Source of the DNA: Escherichia coli | GTDB lineage: Bacteria > Pseudomonadota > Gammaproteobacteria > Enterobacterales > Enterobacteriaceae | Assembly (NCBI RefSeq): GCF_003018255.1 | Contig: NZ_CP027440.1 | Length of the DNA stretch: 64,000 bases | Direction: 5' to 3' (one strand) | Part shown: positions 59,888 to 64,000 of the stretch, piece by piece | Layout of the letters: each line of letters starts with the position of its first letter | Numbering within the stretch: position 1 is the first letter of the stretch | The notes under the pieces: generated by a model | Database searches by the model: none | Seen by the model: the letters and a program-made list of their open reading frames with translations, nothing else | What the model was told of the DNA's origin: nothing | Translations under genes and position numbers: made by a program

Positions 59888-60814
59888 TTATGCTGCCCAC
59901 TGGCTTAGGAATATCCCTAAAACAAACAGCAGGTTAGTCAGTAACGCTCCCTTGACAGTGCGTTCCAGCATCGGTCGCATCGCCACCGGGTCCATTTCCC
60001 GCATCACATAACGGGCTTGCTTCACCAGTAATGGTGCCGCCAGCAGGAACAGCCAGCCCCACAGGCTATGCAGCGAAAAGAGATTAAACAGCGCCAGGCA
60101 CACCAGAGAGCCCATCAGCAGGCAGGCATGATAACGACGCGCGTTCACTTCACCTAAGCGCACCACCAGCGTGTTTTTGCCATTTTCGCGGTCGCTATTG
60201 ATATCACGCAGGTTATTAATGTTCAGTACTGCCGTTGCCAGCAGGCCGCATGCGGTCGCCGGAAGGATCAGCGCCGGAATCAATGTATGAGCCTGTAAAT
60301 ACCAGCTGCCCATGACGCTCAACCAGCCAAAGAAAACCAGTACGGAAATATCACCCAGACCGATATAACCATAAGGACGATTGCCCACGGTGTAGGTGAT
60401 AGCGGCAATGATCGACAACCCGCCAAGAATCAGGAAACCGACAAAATCGGCCAGTGTATGGCACGCCACTGCAACCAGTGCCAGCCCGGAGAGACAGATG
60501 AGCACGACGGTAATAATGAGCGCCCGTTTCATCTCTTGCTGGGTAATGACCCCTTTTTGCATGCCGCGTAGCGGTCCGATACGGTCAGGTTTATCGCTGC
60601 CTTTTACCGCATCGCCGTAATCATTGGCGAGGTTAGAAAGGATCTGTAATAGCCCGGCGGTAATCAGTGCCAGCAGGGCGACCAGCGGATCGAAGTGACC
60701 TTGCCACCATGCCAGCGCCGTCCCGACGATAATTGCAGCAAAGGCGAGGGGGAGGGTTTTAGGTCGTAAACTTTCCAGCCACGCCTGAGTTCGGCTAATT
60801 TGTTGTTCAGTCAT
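59888..60814 (-). CDS. menA: 1,4-dihydroxy-2-naphthoate octaprenyltransferase, 308 aa
   Basis: ORF 59888..60826; start at internal Met (MTEQQISRTQAWLESLRPKTLPLAFAAIIVG...). Confidence 0.9.
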   Translation of the reverse strand: MTEQQISRTQAWLESLRPKTLPLAFAAIIVGTALAWWQGHFDPLVALLALITAGLLQILSNLANDYGDAVKGSDKPDRIGPLRGMQKGVITQQEMKRALIITVVLICLSGLALVAVACHTLADFVGFLILGGLSIIAAITYTVGNRPYGYIGLGDISVLVFFGWLSVMGSWYLQAHTLIPALILPATACGLLATAVLNINNLRDINSDRENGKNTLVVRLGEVNARRYHACLLMGSLVCLALFNLFSLHSLWGWLFLLAAPLLVKQARYVMREMDPVAMRPMLERTVKGALLTNLLFVLGIFLSQWAA

Positions 60815-60880
60815 AATACGCGCCAATAAAAATGGGGCCTTTCAGCCCCATCAAACAATGATGAAAATGATTGAACGCGA

Positions 60881-62212
60881 TTATAGGATAAAACGGCTCA
60901 GATCTTCATCTGCCACCAACGCATCCAGATGTTTGCTCACATAATCTGCGTCAATAGTGATGGTTTGACCGCTTAAATCGCTGGCGTCGTAGGAAATCTC
61001 TTCCATTAAACGCTCCAGAACGGTATGTAAACGACGAGCACCGATGTTTTCGGTAGATTCGTTCACCTGCCATGCCGCTTCCGCGATGCGCTTAATACCG
61101 GAGTCGGTAAACTCGATATTTACGCCTTCAGTCGCCATCAGTGCTTTGTACTGCACGGTAATAGAGGCATTCGGCTCGGTCAGAATACGCTCGAAGTCGC
61201 TGGTGGTCAGTGCCTGCAGCTCAACGCGGATTGGCAGACGACCTTGCAGTTCCGGGATCAGGTCAGACGGTTTCGCAATCTGGAACGCGCCAGAAGCGAT
61301 AAACAGAATGTGGTCAGTTTTGACCATCCCGTGTTTGGTGGAAACGGTGCAACCTTCTACCAGCGGCAGCAGGTCACGCTGAACACCTTCACGAGAAACA
61401 TCCGGACCGGAAGACTCGCCGCGCTTACAGATTTTGTCGATTTCGTCGATAAACACGATCCCGTGCTGCTCAACAGCGTCGATAGCGTCTTGCTTCAGCT
61501 CTTCCGGATTCACCAGTTTCGCCGCTTCTTCTTCAATCAGCAGCTTCATGGCGTCTTTGATTTTCAGCTTACGCGCTTTTTGCTTCTGACCGCCCAGGTT
61601 CTGGAACATGGACTGCAGCTGGCTGGTCATCTCTTCCATGCCCGGAGGAGCCATAATTTCAACGCCCATCGGTGCTGCGGCAAGATCGATCTCGATTTCT
61701 TTGTCATCAAGCTGGCCTTCACGCAGTTTTTTGCGGAATGCCTGACGAGCAGCGGACGGTTCCTGCTGCTGTTCGGTCTGTCCCCAGTTGTTTTTAGCCG
61801 GTGGGATCAGTACGTCGAGAATACGTTCTTCTGCCAGTTCTTCAGCGCGATAACGGTTTTTCTCGATAGCCTGGACACGTACCATTTTCACGGCGGCATC
61901 GGTCAGATCGCGAATAATAGAATCCACTTCCTTACCGACATAGCCCACTTCGGTGAATTTGGTCGCTTCAACTTTGATGAACGGCGCATTCGCCAGCTTA
62001 GCCAGACGACGGGCGATTTCAGTTTTACCGACACCGGTCGGGCCGATCATCAGGATATTTTTCGGGGTCACTTCATGGCGCAGCTCTTCGTTGAGCTGCA
62101 TGCGACGCCAGCGGTTACGCAGAGCAATCGCCACGGAACGCTTGGCGTTGTCCTGGCCGATGATGTGCTTATCCAGTTCGCTGACGATTTCGCGTGGGGT
62201 CATTTCAGACAT
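60881..62212 (-). CDS. hslU: ATP-dependent protease ATPase subunit HslU, 443 aa
   Basis: Walker A GPTGVGKT; peptide [37 protein letters not shown]... Confidence 0.97.
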
Positions 62213-62221
62213 GGGAGATCC

Positions 62222-62752
62222 TTACGCTTTGTAGCTTAATTCTTCGATGGTGTGGAAATGGTTGGTATAGATGCAAATGTCGCCTGCAATATCCAACGCC
62301 TTTTCAGCAATTTCACGGGCGCTAAGTTCAGTGTTTTCTAACAGCGCGCGCGCCGCAGCCTGGGCGTAAGGGCCGCCGGAGCCGATAGCAATAAGATCGT
62401 TTTCTGGCTGCACCACGTCACCGTTACCGGTGATGATAAGCGAAGCGGTTTCATCCGCGACTGCCAGCAGTGCTTCAAGTTTGCGCAGCATGCGATCGGT
62501 ACGCCAGTCTTTTGCCAGCTCAACGGCGGCTTTGACCAGATGGCCCTGATGCATTTCCAGTTTACGTTCAAACAGTTCGAACAGCGTAAAAGCATCCGCA
62601 GTACCGCCCGCAAAGCCCGCGATGACTTTGTCGTTGTACAGACGGCGGACCTTTTTCACGTTGCCTTTCATTACGGTATTGCCCAACGTGGCCTGACCAT
62701 CACCAGCGATGACCACATGGCCGTTACGGCGTACGCTTACTATAGTTGTCAC
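62222..62752 (-). CDS. hslV: ATP-dependent protease subunit HslV, 176 aa
   Basis: N-terminal Thr protease peptide [31 protein letters not shown]... Confidence 0.97.
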
Positions 62753-62820
62753 GAGCTGACCCCTTGGTTACGAATACAGAGTACAAACCCCGTACAAAAG
62801 TACGGGGCATAATGCAATTA

Positions 62821-62848
62821 TAGATGGGGGGGATTTTGAGGGTTTCAA
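62821..62848 (-). promoter_or_regulatory. hslVU sigma32 heat-shock promoter (TTGAAAcc-N13-CCCCATCTA on the minus strand)
   Basis: Plus-strand tagatggggg (62821-62830) and ggtttcaa (62841-62848) are the reverse complements of the sigma32 -10 and -35 consensus. Confidence 0.7.
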
Positions 62849-63804
62849 CCCCCGGCGGCGAGCCGAATGCAGTTTGTATGACCCGCCATCTTCAAGCGAT
62901 TGAGGGTGCTGTCTGCGTTCTCTTTGCCTTTCACCGGGCCAATGACCACACGATTCCAGCCATTGTTGGTGGTGATTTTCGAGTCAAAGCCTTCAAACGC
63001 CAGCTGAGCACGTACCGTCTCTGCCTGTTCCGCGCCTCTGAACGAACCGCACTGCACCATCCAGCGGCGTTCGTCTTTTTTCTCCGCCGTCGGTTTTGGC
63101 GCGTCAGCGGCACGAGCAACCGGCGCAGCTTGCTGCGGCTTCGACTGCGCGGTCGTGTGCGCAGGGGTTTGCAGCAGATCCTGGTACGGCTGCTGAGTAG
63201 AAGCCGGTTTAGACTGGCGCGGTTGCGCCTGTACCGGCGCGGCTTGCGACGTACGCGTCTGCTGCTGCCAGCTTTGTTCAGTCGTACGCGACTGCTGAGC
63301 CAGGCGTTGCTGCTCCGCTAATTGCTGCGCCTGACGCTGGCGCTGTAGCGTTTGCTGACGCTGTTCCGGCGTCTGTTCATTCCACGGAACTTCAACCAGC
63401 TGCGTTGGCTGCTGGCGCATATCAGCCTGCATTTGCTCAAGAAGCTGGCGTTGTTCTGGTGTCAGTTGCTCCGGCGTTTTCACTTCACCACCGGCAGAAG
63501 GTTCTGTAGGCGCACGCACACCCGGCTGGCGACTTTCCAGCTCTTTGATGTAGCGCCAGCGTTCTTCTGGTTTTGGTGGTAGTCCGTTTCCGGTCACTTT
63601 CTGGCTTTGCAGTGTCTCGGACTCTTCTTTCTTGTGATGCGTAATGAAGTACAGACCACCGATAAAGGTCACAAGAACGGCGGCAGCAATAGCGACCATA
63701 GCGGGAGAAACCGCAGGCAGATTTCGTTGCTTTTTCCGTGAGGTGCTCTTTTTTCGCCGCGAAGGTGCCGGTTGGCTGCGGCGTACATAATCTCGTTGTG
63801 CCAC
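62845..63804 (-). CDS. ftsN: Cell-division protein FtsN, 319 aa
   Basis: ORF-track peptide MAQRDYVRRSQPAPSRRKKSTSRKKQRNLPAVSPAMVAIAAAVLV... with Q/P-rich periplasmic linker and C-terminal SPOR domain. Confidence 0.93.
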   Translation of the reverse strand: MAQRDYVRRSQPAPSRRKKSTSRKKQRNLPAVSPAMVAIAAAVLVTFIGGLYFITHHKKEESETLQSQKVTGNGLPPKPEERWRYIKELESRQPGVRAPTEPSAGGEVKTPEQLTPEQRQLLEQMQADMRQQPTQLVEVPWNEQTPEQRQQTLQRQRQAQQLAEQQRLAQQSRTTEQSWQQQTRTSQAAPVQAQPRQSKPASTQQPYQDLLQTPAHTTAQSKPQQAAPVARAADAPKPTAEKKDERRWMVQCGSFRGAEQAETVRAQLAFEGFDSKITTNNGWNRVVIGPVKGKENADSTLNRLKMAGHTNCIRLAAGG

Positions 63805-63895
63805 TATCGTTTCGCTGTATTTATTCGTTCGTCAGCCCGCCATGTTACTTAAGCGGCGGGCCTTTGACCAGTCACGGCAGTCTTAAAGGTTTACT

Positions 63896-64000
63896 TTAAG
63901 GTAACGCGCGTGTTGATCCCCGGATGATAAGTTCGCAGTCCATTAAACGAGAGCCACTGCCAACGTGTTGCCCCTGCATTTGATCAAGCAATAACAGCAT
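63896..64000 (-). CDS. cytR: LacI-family repressor CytR, C-terminal 34 codons (5' end outside window)
   Basis: Hand translation of the minus strand from 64000 gives ...LLLLDQMQGQHVGSGSRLMDCELIIRGSTRALP with stop at 63896-63898; identity from gene order and recollection. Confidence 0.55.
   Translation of the reverse strand: MLLLLDQMQGQHVGSGSRLMDCELIIRGSTRALP

Noticed and set aside
61244-62239. 331-aa plus-strand ORF inside hslU
   Set aside because: Antisense shadow ORF of hslU

Overview
The window reads as an Escherichia coli-type chromosomal segment running from the 3' end of hemN through glnALG, typA, yihLMN, yihX-yihY-dtd-yiiD, fdhE-fdoIHG/fdhD, the rhamnose locus (rhaM-rhaDAB/rhaSR/rhaT), sodA, kdgT, yiiM, cpxAR/cpxP, fieF, pfkA, sbp, cdh, tpiA, yiiQRS, uspD, fpr, glpXKF, zapB, rraA, menA, hslVU and ftsN to the 3' end of cytR. 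Gene identities come from the ORF-track peptides, which I recognise as well-known E. coli proteins; no search was run. Classic REP/BIME palindromes sit in several core intergenic regions. Against the K-12 gene order as I recall it, the window is collinear except at three places. (1) Between yihN and yihX, in place of the K-12 sulfoquinovose cluster ompL-yihOPQRSTUVW, there is an 8.6-kb cassette: DeoR regulator and PfkB kinase divergent from an operon of HIBADH-family reductase, class I aldolase, Zn-dependent dehydrogenase, two MFS transporters and an aldose-1-epimerase-like protein. This is the most interesting candidate for an undescribed catabolic system. (2) Between yiiD and yiiE lies an approximately 2.4-kb insertion with an HSL-family esterase and a toxin-first RelE/HigB-like plus XRE-antitoxin pair. 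(3) Between fdhD and rhaM, a short yiiG-like ORF, an AT-rich spacer and a 464-aa outer-membrane porin with an N-terminal coiled coil occupy the position of K-12 yiiG-frvRXBA. No rRNA, tRNA, CRISPR array, transposase or integrase was detected. Start codons were placed by codon arithmetic on the ORF track (which lists GTG/TTG starts as M) and may be off at some genes; regulatory sites are motif-level calls.
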